From assembly GCA_040752695.1 (NCBI GenBank), contig JBFMGO010000014.1, positions 13,673-77,672 on the forward strand: 64,000 nucleotides of DNA. The letters are read 5' to 3'. Source of the stretch: a bacterium (GTDB lineage Bacteria; SZUA-182; DTGQ01). The notes under the pieces were generated by a model. The model ran no database searches. It worked only from the letters and a program-made list of their open reading frames with translations, and was not told where the DNA came from. Shown here one piece after another: positions 40,195-48,964 of the stretch. The translations under genes and the position numbers were made by a program. Numbering within the stretch: position 1 is the stretch's first letter; the number at the start of each line of letters is the position of its first letter.

Positions 40195-41283
40195 ATGCGT
40201 TCTCAGGTAACCGTTGTGAAAACCAAACCGGACACTGTCATCGAGGATATTCAATCTCTTTGCACTTCGGCCGGTTTGGAAAAGGCTCTATCCCCGTCGC
40301 AGGGAACTATTTTAAAGGATAATATCTCCTGGCACTACCCCTATTTAAGTGCCAACACCACGCCATGGCAGTTGGAAGGAGTCATTCGGGCACTTAAGGG
40401 GGCGGGATTCAGCAATCTGGTGGCTGTCCATAACAATACGGTGGTAACCGACCCTTTCAAGGGCGGGAGATTGAATAAACTTGAGCCTGTTTATCGCAAG
40501 TACAAGATCCCTGAAAGGTACAATTTCAATCCTCAGCACATCCAGTGGATTGCCTACAAGCCAAAGGCAAAAATGATGGCACTGGATAAAATTTTCCCCG
40601 AAGGGATCAGGATTCCCGAATATTTTATCGGTAAAAACATACTTCATCTGCCTACGGTAAAATGCCATATTTATACAACGACTACAGGGGCCATGAAGAA
40701 TGCATTCGGAGGACTGCTCAACACCAGACGTCACTACACCCACAGCGTTATCCATGAGACCCTGGTTGATCTTCTGGCTATTCAGAAGGAGATCCATACG
40801 GGTATTTTTTGCGTCATGGATGGGACTCTCTGCGGCTGCGGACCAGGCCCTCGAACCATGATCCCCGTTGAAAAAGACTACATGCTGGCCAGTGCGGACA
40901 GTGTGGCCATTGATGCGGTGGCTGCCAAAATGATGGGGTTTGACCCTCTGAAAATCGGATTTATCCGCATGGCCCATGAGGCGGGCTTAGGGGTTGGTGA
41001 TCCCAGAGAGATTGAAATTCTGGGGGAAGATATTAAAAATGTGAATTTTCACTTTTGGGTGGGCGACAATTTCGCCAGTCAGTTCGGGGATCTGTTCTGG
41101 TTCAGTCCCTTGAAACGGTTTCAGAAGTTCTTTTTTCATACTCCCTTAGTCTATGCTTTCGTATTTAGTTCCTTTTTTTATCATGATAAAATCTGGTGGC
41201 CTTTTGTGGGCCAGAAGATTCAAAAGACCATACGGCTCAATACCAAGTGGGGGAAATTCTTCCATGAATATGGAAGGGGATAG
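40195..41283 (+). CDS. DUF362 domain-containing protein
   Basis: LPTVKCH..TTTTGAMKN.FG, DG...GPGP, D.VAIDA. Confidence 0.8.
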   Translation: MRSQVTVVKTKPDTVIEDIQSLCTSAGLEKALSPSQGTILKDNISWHYPYLSANTTPWQLEGVIRALKGAGFSNLVAVHNNTVVTDPFKGGRLNKLEPVYRKYKIPERYNFNPQHIQWIAYKPKAKMMALDKIFPEGIRIPEYFIGKNILHLPTVKCHIYTTTTGAMKNAFGGLLNTRRHYTHSVIHETLVDLLAIQKEIHTGIFCVMDGTLCGCGPGPRTMIPVEKDYMLASADSVAIDAVAAKMMGFDPLKIGFIRMAHEAGLGVGDPREIEILGEDIKNVNFHFWVGDNFASQFGDLFWFSPLKRFQKFFFHTPLVYAFVFSSFFYHDKIWWPFVGQKIQKTIRLNTKWGKFFHEYGRG

Positions 41284-41382
41284 AGAGTTCAGGTCTTCAG
41301 AGCTTTCGGAGTACGAAGGGCTCTTGGTGTTCTGTAGGTATCAGGTTACAGTTGAAGCATTCGTGTGATAAGGAGGTCTGTC

Positions 41383-42042
41383 ATGGAAAGTAAACATTTT
41401 TCTTTTTTCATTCTTTCCCTCTTCTCCCTGCTGCTGGCCATATCCCCTCGCCAGTGCTTTGGTGCTATGGTTCCCTACCAGGGAGGAACGGTGACTACCA
41501 TCGAAGGGAAGATCACCGGTATTTATACGGTCGATAACCGGACAACTTCAGAGCTTGGGTTTCACCTGAAGGTCGAGACATCCGCAGGGGATTACATCGT
41601 TCATGTTTCCCCGCAATGGTATGCGGATAAGCAAAACTTCCAGTTCATGGAAGGGGAATTGCTGACTGTTACCGGTTCAGCTTTTACGCGAGATCAGCAA
41701 AAGAATATCTATGCGGCCACTATTACCCGGCGGTTCAGCGCTCTTGCACGAGAGCAGCAGATCATGCTTGCCTCTGAAATCCTCGCTCCTTCGAGCGATC
41801 TTCAGGCTCTGGCCAGAAAGTATGCAATCTCGATCGAAGAGGCAGAGCGCATCAAAACCAGAGTGGCGCAGTACCTGGATCAGGCCCTCTTTCCTGAGCC
41901 GGTTCAATTGAGGGATCCCAAGACAGGTGACGGGCTGTGGGGAGGCAGATTTTACGAGCAGAACATGCCGTTAGTCCGGCAGCAGAAACAGTGGGAGATG
42001 CGAAAAAGAATGCAGGAGACGCGGGGAGGAAAGCCACAATAA
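41383..42042 (+). CDS. Exported OB-fold-like protein with a helical insertion
   Basis: AGGAGG RBS; signal peptide; GFHLKV..VHVSPQWY..G..LTVTGS..LRD..G..LW pattern. Confidence 0.6.
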   Translation: MESKHFSFFILSLFSLLLAISPRQCFGAMVPYQGGTVTTIEGKITGIYTVDNRTTSELGFHLKVETSAGDYIVHVSPQWYADKQNFQFMEGELLTVTGSAFTRDQQKNIYAATITRRFSALAREQQIMLASEILAPSSDLQALARKYAISIEEAERIKTRVAQYLDQALFPEPVQLRDPKTGDGLWGGRFYEQNMPLVRQQKQWEMRKRMQETRGGKPQ

Positions 42043-42060
42043 GCAGGGATAAAACTTTAT

Positions 42061-42143
42061 GATCAGATAGATCAGATATGTCTTGATCTATCTGATCTAT
42101 CTGATCTATTTGATCTATTTGATCTATTTGTAAATCTGAGATC
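42061..42143. repeat. 9-bp GATC-containing repeat (5 x TGATCTATY plus 2 inverted copies)
   Basis: Direct units 42084-42128; inverted units 42061-42078. Confidence 0.88.
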
Positions 42144-42158
42144 TAAGGAGATTGGTTG

Positions 42159-43085
42159 ATGTCTTTTTATGATACCGTTATCATTGGAGGAGGCCCGGCT
42201 GGATTGAGTGCAGGTCTTTACGCTGCCAGGGCCGGTCTGAAATCCCTTCTTTTGGAAAAGAGCTTCCTGGGAGGGCAGGCCATAACTACAGACAAGGTGG
42301 AGAATTATCCGGGTTTTCCTGAGCCGATAAGCGGTCTGAAGATTATCCAGAATATGGAGGAACAGGCACGCAAGTATGACCTGGCCATAGACGTGCAGGG
42401 GGTAAAGTCCCTCGTGCGTAATCACGAGACGGATTTTCGCATCTATCTGGAGAACGGGCAGGAGCTTGGCAGCCATACGGTTATTCTGGCCACCGGCGCA
42501 TCACCCATACGCCTTGGTGTCCCCGGTGAAGAGGAATTCACCGGCCGCGGCGTTTCTTACTGCGCTACCTGCGATGGGCCGCTCTTTCGGGAGAGGGAAA
42601 TCGTAGTGATCGGAGGTGGAAACTCTGCCCTGGAAGAAGCGCTCTTTCTGGCCAAATTCGCTCAAAAGGTGACGATCGTTCACCGCAGGAGCGCACTGCG
42701 CGCAGATAAGATTCTTCAGGAGAGGGCTTTTCAAAACCCGAAAATACATTTTCTGTGGGGTTCGACGGTCCAGGAAATCAAAGGGGATACCCAGGTGAGG
42801 GAGATCATCGTACAAAACCTTGCCGATCAATCTGTAGCCTCTCACCGGATCGACGGTCTGTTTATTTATGTTGGCTCAAAGCCCAACACTGCGTGGCTGC
42901 CTTCGACCGTTGCGGTAGATCCGCAAGGCTTCGTCATTACCGACGAGAAGCTTTCCACCAGTCTAAAGGGGCTTTTTGCTGCCGGGGATTGCCGGCAAAA
43001 ACCGCTGCGGCAGATCGTTACCGCCGCCAGTGACGGGGCCCTGGCCGGAATGATGGCTTACCACTATCTCCAGGAAAATACTTGA
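42159..43085 (+). CDS. trxB: Thioredoxin-disulfide reductase
   Basis: GGGPAG, VENYPG, GVSYCATCDG, GGGNSA, FAAGD. Confidence 0.97.
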   Translation: MSFYDTVIIGGGPAGLSAGLYAARAGLKSLLLEKSFLGGQAITTDKVENYPGFPEPISGLKIIQNMEEQARKYDLAIDVQGVKSLVRNHETDFRIYLENGQELGSHTVILATGASPIRLGVPGEEEFTGRGVSYCATCDGPLFREREIVVIGGGNSALEEALFLAKFAQKVTIVHRRSALRADKILQERAFQNPKIHFLWGSTVQEIKGDTQVREIIVQNLADQSVASHRIDGLFIYVGSKPNTAWLPSTVAVDPQGFVITDEKLSTSLKGLFAAGDCRQKPLRQIVTAASDGALAGMMAYHYLQENT

Positions 43086-43111
43086 CAAATAATGAGTAAA
43101 TACTGTATATT
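43082..43111 (+). promoter_or_regulatory. Putative sigma-70 promoter
   Basis: TTGACA-18 bp-TATATT. Confidence 0.5.
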
Positions 43112-43158
43112 GACCCAGTTTGCTTGGCTATTAACTTAGGAAAAACAAAAGGTTCATC

Positions 43159-44163
43159 ATGTTACCATCGAGCATTTCCTCTCTGATTGGTGAAGACCTG
43201 TGCAAGGTCGATCAGCATCTCAAAAGTTTATTGGAATCGGATAATCCTCTTATTTCGCAAATCGGAAATTACATTTGTCAAAGCGGCGGCAAACGGGTGC
43301 GCCCAATCTTACTGCTGCTGAGTGCCCGGATGGCAGGCTGCGAAAGTCAGCAGCCAATGGATGACGAAAGCCGCAAAGAGCGGGCTGTCCATCTGGCCAG
43401 TATCGTAGAGTTTATTCATGCAGCTACATTGCTGCATGATGACGTAATCGATGAGGCTCATCTTCGCAGGGGCAATCCTTCAGCCAACCGAAAATGGGGA
43501 AACCAGTTGCCTGTGCTGGTGGGAGACTATTTGTATGCCACTTCATTTTACCTGCTGGTCAAAGATAACGATACCAGAATGATGGAAACGGTATCCATGG
43601 CCACGGCCACGGTAACGAATGGTGAGATCCTGCAATTGCAAAAAGCCGGGGACCTGTTTATCAAGGAAGACGAATATATCGAAATCATTGCCAAAAAAAC
43701 CTCCTGCCTGATGGCGGCCAGTTGCCGGATCGGTGCTTTCCTGGGAGAGGTTTCACAAGAGCACGTCAAGGCCCTCCATGACTATGGAACAGATGTCGGC
43801 ATTGCCTTTCAACTGGTGGATGACCTTTTGGATTACATCTCCTATGAAGAAAAGCTTGGTAAGCCGGTCAATAATGACCTGAAGGGGGGAAACTGTACGC
43901 TGCCTCTGATCCGGACCCTGCAAGTGGCATCGGCGGAGGAAGTAAACCGGATTTGTCAGGCACTTTCCAGGCCGGCTTTCTCCAGAGAGGATTTAGCCTG
44001 GATCGTGAGCCTGATCAAAACCTACGAAGCAGATACATATACCATGGATCGGGCAGCCTGGTATGTGCAAAAGGCCAAGAACAGGCTGGCCATGTTCGGG
44101 GATTCCGCTTACCGGCAGGCTCTCCTGGAATTTTCAGATTATATCGTACAGAGGGATTTTTAA
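43159..44163 (+). CDS. Polyprenyl (octa/heptaprenyl) diphosphate synthase
   Basis: GGKRVRP, LLHDDVID..RRG, KT, FQLVDDLLD. Confidence 0.95.
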   Translation: MLPSSISSLIGEDLCKVDQHLKSLLESDNPLISQIGNYICQSGGKRVRPILLLLSARMAGCESQQPMDDESRKERAVHLASIVEFIHAATLLHDDVIDEAHLRRGNPSANRKWGNQLPVLVGDYLYATSFYLLVKDNDTRMMETVSMATATVTNGEILQLQKAGDLFIKEDEYIEIIAKKTSCLMAASCRIGAFLGEVSQEHVKALHDYGTDVGIAFQLVDDLLDYISYEEKLGKPVNNDLKGGNCTLPLIRTLQVASAEEVNRICQALSRPAFSREDLAWIVSLIKTYEADTYTMDRAAWYVQKAKNRLAMFGDSAYRQALLEFSDYIVQRDF

Positions 44164-44174
44164 TTACTCATACC

Positions 44175-45212
44175 GTGAAAAAAGTACATCTGACGTTTAT
44201 GAGAGGAGCCCTGGCTCTGGCTTTCGCCAGTGCGGTCTTATGGCTGATCCCGTCCTGTAAGCTCCCCTTTACCCAATCTGCCAGGGTTTACCAAAGAGAG
44301 AGATTTTTAATGGGGACCCTCGTCTCCATATCGGTGGTGTCCGATCAAAAGGATCGGGCCATGACAGCTATGGATCAGGCCTTTTCGGTTTTGCAGGATA
44401 TCGAAAACCAGGCCAGCAAAAGAATCCTCACCAGCCTGACCAGCAAGATTAACCGGGCTGCGGGCCAAAACGGTATTCCTGTCTCTTCGCCTTTTCTGGA
44501 AATGATCGCCAAATCCCTTGAATGTTCCAAAATGACCCACGGTGCCTTTGATGTTACAGTCGGGCCTGTTACCGAGCTCTATCATTTCGAGGATGGGCAG
44601 GGAGTTCTCCCTGATCCAGAGGCAATCAGGCAATTACTGCCCCTGGTCGATTATCGGAATATCCGCATCGACAAGGAGTTAAGGACCGTCATGCTGACCA
44701 TGGCCGGAACCGGGATTGACCTGGGAGGAGTCGCCAAAGGGTTTGGAGTGGATCAGGCGGTGAAGTCGCTTCAGGAAAGTGGACTGCCGGCTGGCATTGT
44801 CAACGCCGGAGGGGATATCCGGCTCTTTGGCTGCAAGCCTGGACAAAAGCCGTGGGTCATTGGAATCCAGCATCCCCGGCAATCCGACAAGGTCATAGCT
44901 TCTTTGGAGATTACCGATAAGTCGATTGTTACTTCAGGGGATTACGAGCGGTTCTTTATCCAGGATAATGTCCGCTATCACCACATCCTCGATCCTGCGA
45001 CCGGCCTGCCCGCCAGAGGCTGCCAGAGTGTAACCATTGTCTCTGAAACCGCTCTTTTTGGAGATGCCTTAAGTACCGGGGTCTTCGTCCTTGGCCCGGA
45101 AAAAGGGATTGCACTGATCGAAAGCCTGCCTGGCGTCGAAGGACTCATTATTGACCAGGAGGGCAAGCCCACAGTCTCCTCTGGCCTGCGGTCTTCGCTC
45201 GTTTGGAGGTAA
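44175..45212 (+). CDS. apbE: FAD:protein FMN transferase lipoprotein (start 44175 or 44199)
   Basis: MGT, GAFDVTVGP, DLGGVAKG, NAGGDI, TSGDYER, HHILDP; lipobox-like IPSC. Confidence 0.95.
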   Translation: MKKVHLTFMRGALALAFASAVLWLIPSCKLPFTQSARVYQRERFLMGTLVSISVVSDQKDRAMTAMDQAFSVLQDIENQASKRILTSLTSKINRAAGQNGIPVSSPFLEMIAKSLECSKMTHGAFDVTVGPVTELYHFEDGQGVLPDPEAIRQLLPLVDYRNIRIDKELRTVMLTMAGTGIDLGGVAKGFGVDQAVKSLQESGLPAGIVNAGGDIRLFGCKPGQKPWVIGIQHPRQSDKVIASLEITDKSIVTSGDYERFFIQDNVRYHHILDPATGLPARGCQSVTIVSETALFGDALSTGVFVLGPEKGIALIESLPGVEGLIIDQEGKPTVSSGLRSSLVWR

Positions 45213-45236
45213 AAAGCCATTAAGGTTTTCCGTGCT

Positions 45237-45611
45237 TTGACCCTGGGGGACAAGGTCCTGATTTTCCTTTTGATTCTCATCAACCTTGGCTCTGTTTTCT
45301 TCCTCGGCAGGATGGGGAAAAGTAAACAGGTGATTATCCAGGTGGATCAGAAAGTTGTGGGCATCTATGACCTCCATGCCCCTGCCGCAAGGAGGGTGGT
45401 GGTCCAGGGGCCTTTGGGCGATTCGGAAGTCGAAATTCAAGGGGGAAAGGTAAGAATGCTCCGATCTGCCTGCCCTGGTAAGACCTGCCAGAAGGCCGGC
45501 TGGATCAGCGGTCAGGGACAGATCATCTGCTGTGTACCCAACAAGGTCCTGATTCGCATATCAGGCGATGAGAGCGACCCTTCACTCCACCTGGATGGTA
45601 TTGCCCAGTGA
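45237..45611 (+). CDS. NusG domain II-containing membrane protein (DUF1312, EetA-like)
   Basis: N-terminal TM; CPGKTC..GWI..G..I.C.PN. Confidence 0.9.
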   Translation: MTLGDKVLIFLLILINLGSVFFLGRMGKSKQVIIQVDQKVVGIYDLHAPAARRVVVQGPLGDSEVEIQGGKVRMLRSACPGKTCQKAGWISGQGQIICCVPNKVLIRISGDESDPSLHLDGIAQ

Positions 45612-46261
45612 AATGGAGGGGAGGGGAGAAGAAAGAGAAGCAAAGGGCAGAGAAGCAAAAGGCAAAGAGAAACAATATCATGGATAGATCTCAGAGACAA
45701 AAGAAAATCAACCGCACCATTCTCCTTTCTCTCTTATCGAGTATGGCCGTAATCTTTTTCGTTGTTGAATCGGCCATCCCGAACCCCGTACCCTGGCTGA
45801 GATTGGGTCTGGCCAATATCGTGGTCATGGTGGCTATCGTTTTCTACGGGGTGAAGGACGGGCTTTTGGTGTCATTCCTGCGGGCCATGGCAGGGTCTAT
45901 GATTGTGGGAACCTTCCTGGGGCCGAGCTTCTGGCTGAGCATATCGGGAGGTCTGGCCAGCGCGCTGATCATGGGCCTATTATACCGGTTTTGTTCACCC
46001 TTTTTCAGCCTGATCGGCATCAGCATTGTCGGTGCCTATACCCACAGCCTGACTCAGATGGTGCTGGTCTTTGTATTTCTCATCCAGCGCAGGGAGATTT
46101 TTTACCTCCTGCCGGTTATTCTCTTTAGTGCTCTGGCCACCGGGTTTATTAACGGCCTGGCCGCTACATTTCTGGTAGAGCAGTTGCACAGGGTTCTCTC
46201 CCGTTCCATGCATGCGGCTATTCTTAAGGGCCAGGGCATGCATGAAGGGCAGGGCCTGTAA
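45608..46261 (+). CDS. Gx transporter / Hpre_diP_synt_I family membrane protein (EetB-like); start may be 45680
   Basis: ESAIP.PVP.LRLGLANI, S.IGISIVGA..H...Q. Confidence 0.9.
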   Translation: MKWRGGEKKEKQRAEKQKAKRNNIMDRSQRQKKINRTILLSLLSSMAVIFFVVESAIPNPVPWLRLGLANIVVMVAIVFYGVKDGLLVSFLRAMAGSMIVGTFLGPSFWLSISGGLASALIMGLLYRFCSPFFSLIGISIVGAYTHSLTQMVLVFVFLIQRREIFYLLPVILFSALATGFINGLAATFLVEQLHRVLSRSMHAAILKGQGMHEGQGL

Positions 46262-46306
46262 AAAAGAGTCCTGAAGCTGATCCTCCTGGGCAGGGAAGAA
46301 GTGCAC

Positions 46307-46460
46307 TTATTGCTGGCTCTCGAAACGCTGCTGCAAGAAATGGTAGGTTCTCTCAAGCTCAGGAAAATACTGTTTGATGTGGCCATAAATTCGCTTGGAT
46401 GTTTCTTTATCGTAGACATGAAAGGTTTCATTCAAAACCAGATTTCTATATTTTTTATTT
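46307..46460 (-). pseudogene. Probable remnant of a HEPN (HI0074-like) gene
   Basis: Minus frame NETFHVYDKETSKRIYGHIKQYFPELERTYHFLQQRF, preceded in another frame by IKNIEIWF; no start. Confidence 0.4.
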
Positions 46461-46604
46461 GACTTCTTGATCTATGACCTGATAAAATCATTATAATGAA
46501 TGCTATATGAAAACCCTATTAACTCATATAATTTTACTCTAAAACCCTATTAACCCATAGAACGATTTTTCTCCCCAGAAGTCGAACAGAAGGTTTCAGC
46601 AACT

Positions 46605-47540
46605 TTGTTAAAAAAGAAGGTATATTTCTTTATATTTTGTTTTATCTTTTTTATTCCTCTCCTTGTGACTGCCCAAACACTTGATATTCCAAAACCGAGC
46701 AGGCCCAGTCGTTATAGTCAAGGATTAATTCCTCAGACGCAACCCTTACTGAGTGCGTTGCCGGATGAAGAAGAAATCCTGCGGCTGGCTTCGGGAACTA
46801 CGATCCCATTATTTCCGCTTCCTGATGTCCGCTCTTTTACTACCAATGCACCTCAGTACCCGGCAACCTTCACCCCGGTTTCACTCTTACCCTCTGGGGG
46901 GGCAGGATCAGGTCCGATAGGATCGGCAAGCTCAACAGACCTGACAGGATCGATCCCTCAAATCATCTCGGCCTATTATCCGCCGGCCAGTACTTCCGCA
47001 ACTATGCCAGGGAATGCTGACTCCCGCCAGGCTCAGTATTGGGAAGGATATGGTCCGATCGGCCAGCAGGCCCAAGCCGCACCTGTCTTGGTAAGCGGTC
47101 CCTTTGTACAGCCATCTTTCACTCAACCGGCATTACCGGCCACTCCTCCGACTACGGGGCAGGGGTTCGGGCCGGCTCCTTATTCTGCACCTTCTCCTCA
47201 GCCGGTCCCTCTGCCAGGGCCATATCAGCAGCCATGGCCTCAGCAACCACTGGTCCCATTAGCCCAGCAACCGGGAATTCGGCAGACAGCATGGACTCAG
47301 GTCCCTGTCGTCCAGCCGCTCCAGGCAGCCGATGCTTTCCTCTTGGGATATCCAGCGCCATTCTGGCCGGGGGCACCATCGTCTCCCTATTATCCTCCTC
47401 AAGTGTCTCCTTTTGGACTCAGTTTCTCTCCATCTCCTTTGGGGCTGGTTCATTATGGAAACGCATTTTTTACCGCTGCACATTATTCTGCCCCATTTCA
47501 GTCTTATCCTTTTTCTCCCTTCTTTGGGCCGGTTTTATAA
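46605..47540 (+). CDS. Secreted Pro/Gln-rich low-complexity hypothetical protein
   Basis: 311-aa ORF with signal peptide (...LVTAQ); TTG start. Confidence 0.6.
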   Translation: MLKKKVYFFIFCFIFFIPLLVTAQTLDIPKPSRPSRYSQGLIPQTQPLLSALPDEEEILRLASGTTIPLFPLPDVRSFTTNAPQYPATFTPVSLLPSGGAGSGPIGSASSTDLTGSIPQIISAYYPPASTSATMPGNADSRQAQYWEGYGPIGQQAQAAPVLVSGPFVQPSFTQPALPATPPTTGQGFGPAPYSAPSPQPVPLPGPYQQPWPQQPLVPLAQQPGIRQTAWTQVPVVQPLQAADAFLLGYPAPFWPGAPSSPYYPPQVSPFGLSFSPSPLGLVHYGNAFFTAAHYSAPFQSYPFSPFFGPVL

Positions 47541-47691
47541 ACCAGGCTCTTTCTCCAGCAAGGCTTGACCCTCTGTCCCGAATCTGTTAGACTAAAGAAA
47601 GATATGTTGAGAACATGAGCATTAACTGCTTGATTAATGGCCAGATACATAATTCCGGCCGGTTTTTTGCTTCAGGTGAAGCAGGTTTATC

Positions 47692-48603
47692 ATGCAAAAG
47701 AAAAACTATTATGAAATTCTGGGTATCAGATCCGACGCCACGGCTGAGGAAATAAAAAAAGCCTACCGCTCCCTGGCTTTAAAGTATCATCCTGACCGAA
47801 ATACTGCGCCCGATGCAGCCGAAAAGTTCAAGGAGATTACGGCTGCTTACGGAGTACTCATCGACGAAAATAAACGAAGGGAATACGATCGGTTCCAGGC
47901 AGCCGGGCAAGCTGGCAGAAGAGGCGGATACGAGTACCGCAGCCAGCAGCAGCAAGGTCAGGATTTCCGGTATTCTCAGGAAGATATCTTTCGTGATCTG
48001 TTCAACAACCCCTTCTATACTACCATTTTTCGGGAGCTGCACAGGGAATTTTCCAAAAGTGGATATACCTTTAATGAGGAGTTTTTCCGGAAGGTATTCT
48101 CGGGCTATGCGCAGGGCATCTTCTTTACCGGCTGGGTCTATGGCTTTCCAGGAGGAGGAAGGGGAGGGAGGCAACACGGCAGCGGCGGTAGTATCAGCGG
48201 TACTTTTTCCGACCTTTTCGGCCTCTCGATGGAAGAGATAGGGGATGTTCCTATCAGGCTCTCCCCTGCTTCAGCAGGTTTAAAGGGCACATTGCGCCAT
48301 TGGGGACATAAGCTGAAAGGATTGATCCTTCCTGATCACAACCAGGGACAGGAAGAGGACAGGAAGGCCATTCAGCGATCAGAACTCGGGTTATCGTATG
48401 AGCTTGGCATTACCCGGCGGGAAAGCGCTGAAGGAGCCCAAAAAGACCTGATCTTCGATAAAGGGGATTCTGCGGAAAGATTGGTGGTCACTATTCCCCC
48501 CGGTGTTCGTGATGGCACTAAACTGCGACTCAAAGGGAAAGGCAAGGCTAACTCACGCGGAGAAACCGGGGATATTTACCTTACTATCAGAATCCAGGAT
48601 TAG
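47692..48603 (+). CDS. DnaJ-class co-chaperone (J domain plus partial DnaJ_C, CbpA-like)
   Basis: [33 protein letters not shown]. Confidence 0.92.
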   Translation: MQKKNYYEILGIRSDATAEEIKKAYRSLALKYHPDRNTAPDAAEKFKEITAAYGVLIDENKRREYDRFQAAGQAGRRGGYEYRSQQQQGQDFRYSQEDIFRDLFNNPFYTTIFRELHREFSKSGYTFNEEFFRKVFSGYAQGIFFTGWVYGFPGGGRGGRQHGSGGSISGTFSDLFGLSMEEIGDVPIRLSPASAGLKGTLRHWGHKLKGLILPDHNQGQEEDRKAIQRSELGLSYELGITRRESAEGAQKDLIFDKGDSAERLVVTIPPGVRDGTKLRLKGKGKANSRGETGDIYLTIRIQD

Positions 48604-48625
48604 GAGCAGAGCTTTTCAATTCACT

Positions 48626-48913
48626 TCACTCAATCACCCTGGGCACGGCAAAAAAGTCGTTATCCCTTTCCGGAGCAGCAGCCAGGACCTTTTCGGTGGG
48701 ATAAGAGGGCTGCATTTCATCCTCTCGCATCACGTTTTCCAGTGGTAGAACGTGTGAGGTTGGCGGAACATTTGTCGTATCTAATTCATTCAGCTTGTCC
48801 ATATACAGCAAGATACTATCCAACTGCTGGGTAAATAATCCCTTTTCTTCATCAGAGAGCTTCAGTCTGGCCAATTTAGCCACGTATTCCACTTCATCGA
48901 TGGTAATTTTCAT
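48626..48913 (-). CDS. gatC: Asp/Glu-tRNA amidotransferase subunit C
   Basis: VAKLARL, LNELDT..VPPT, RED, F.VPRVIE. Confidence 0.95.
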   Translation of the reverse strand: MKITIDEVEYVAKLARLKLSDEEKGLFTQQLDSILLYMDKLNELDTTNVPPTSHVLPLENVMREDEMQPSYPTEKVLAAAPERDNDFFAVPRVIE

Positions 48914-48964
48914 GTACTCGTCTCCTTGTTTTAAGCATACATACAACGGTGAAAAAATCTTTTA

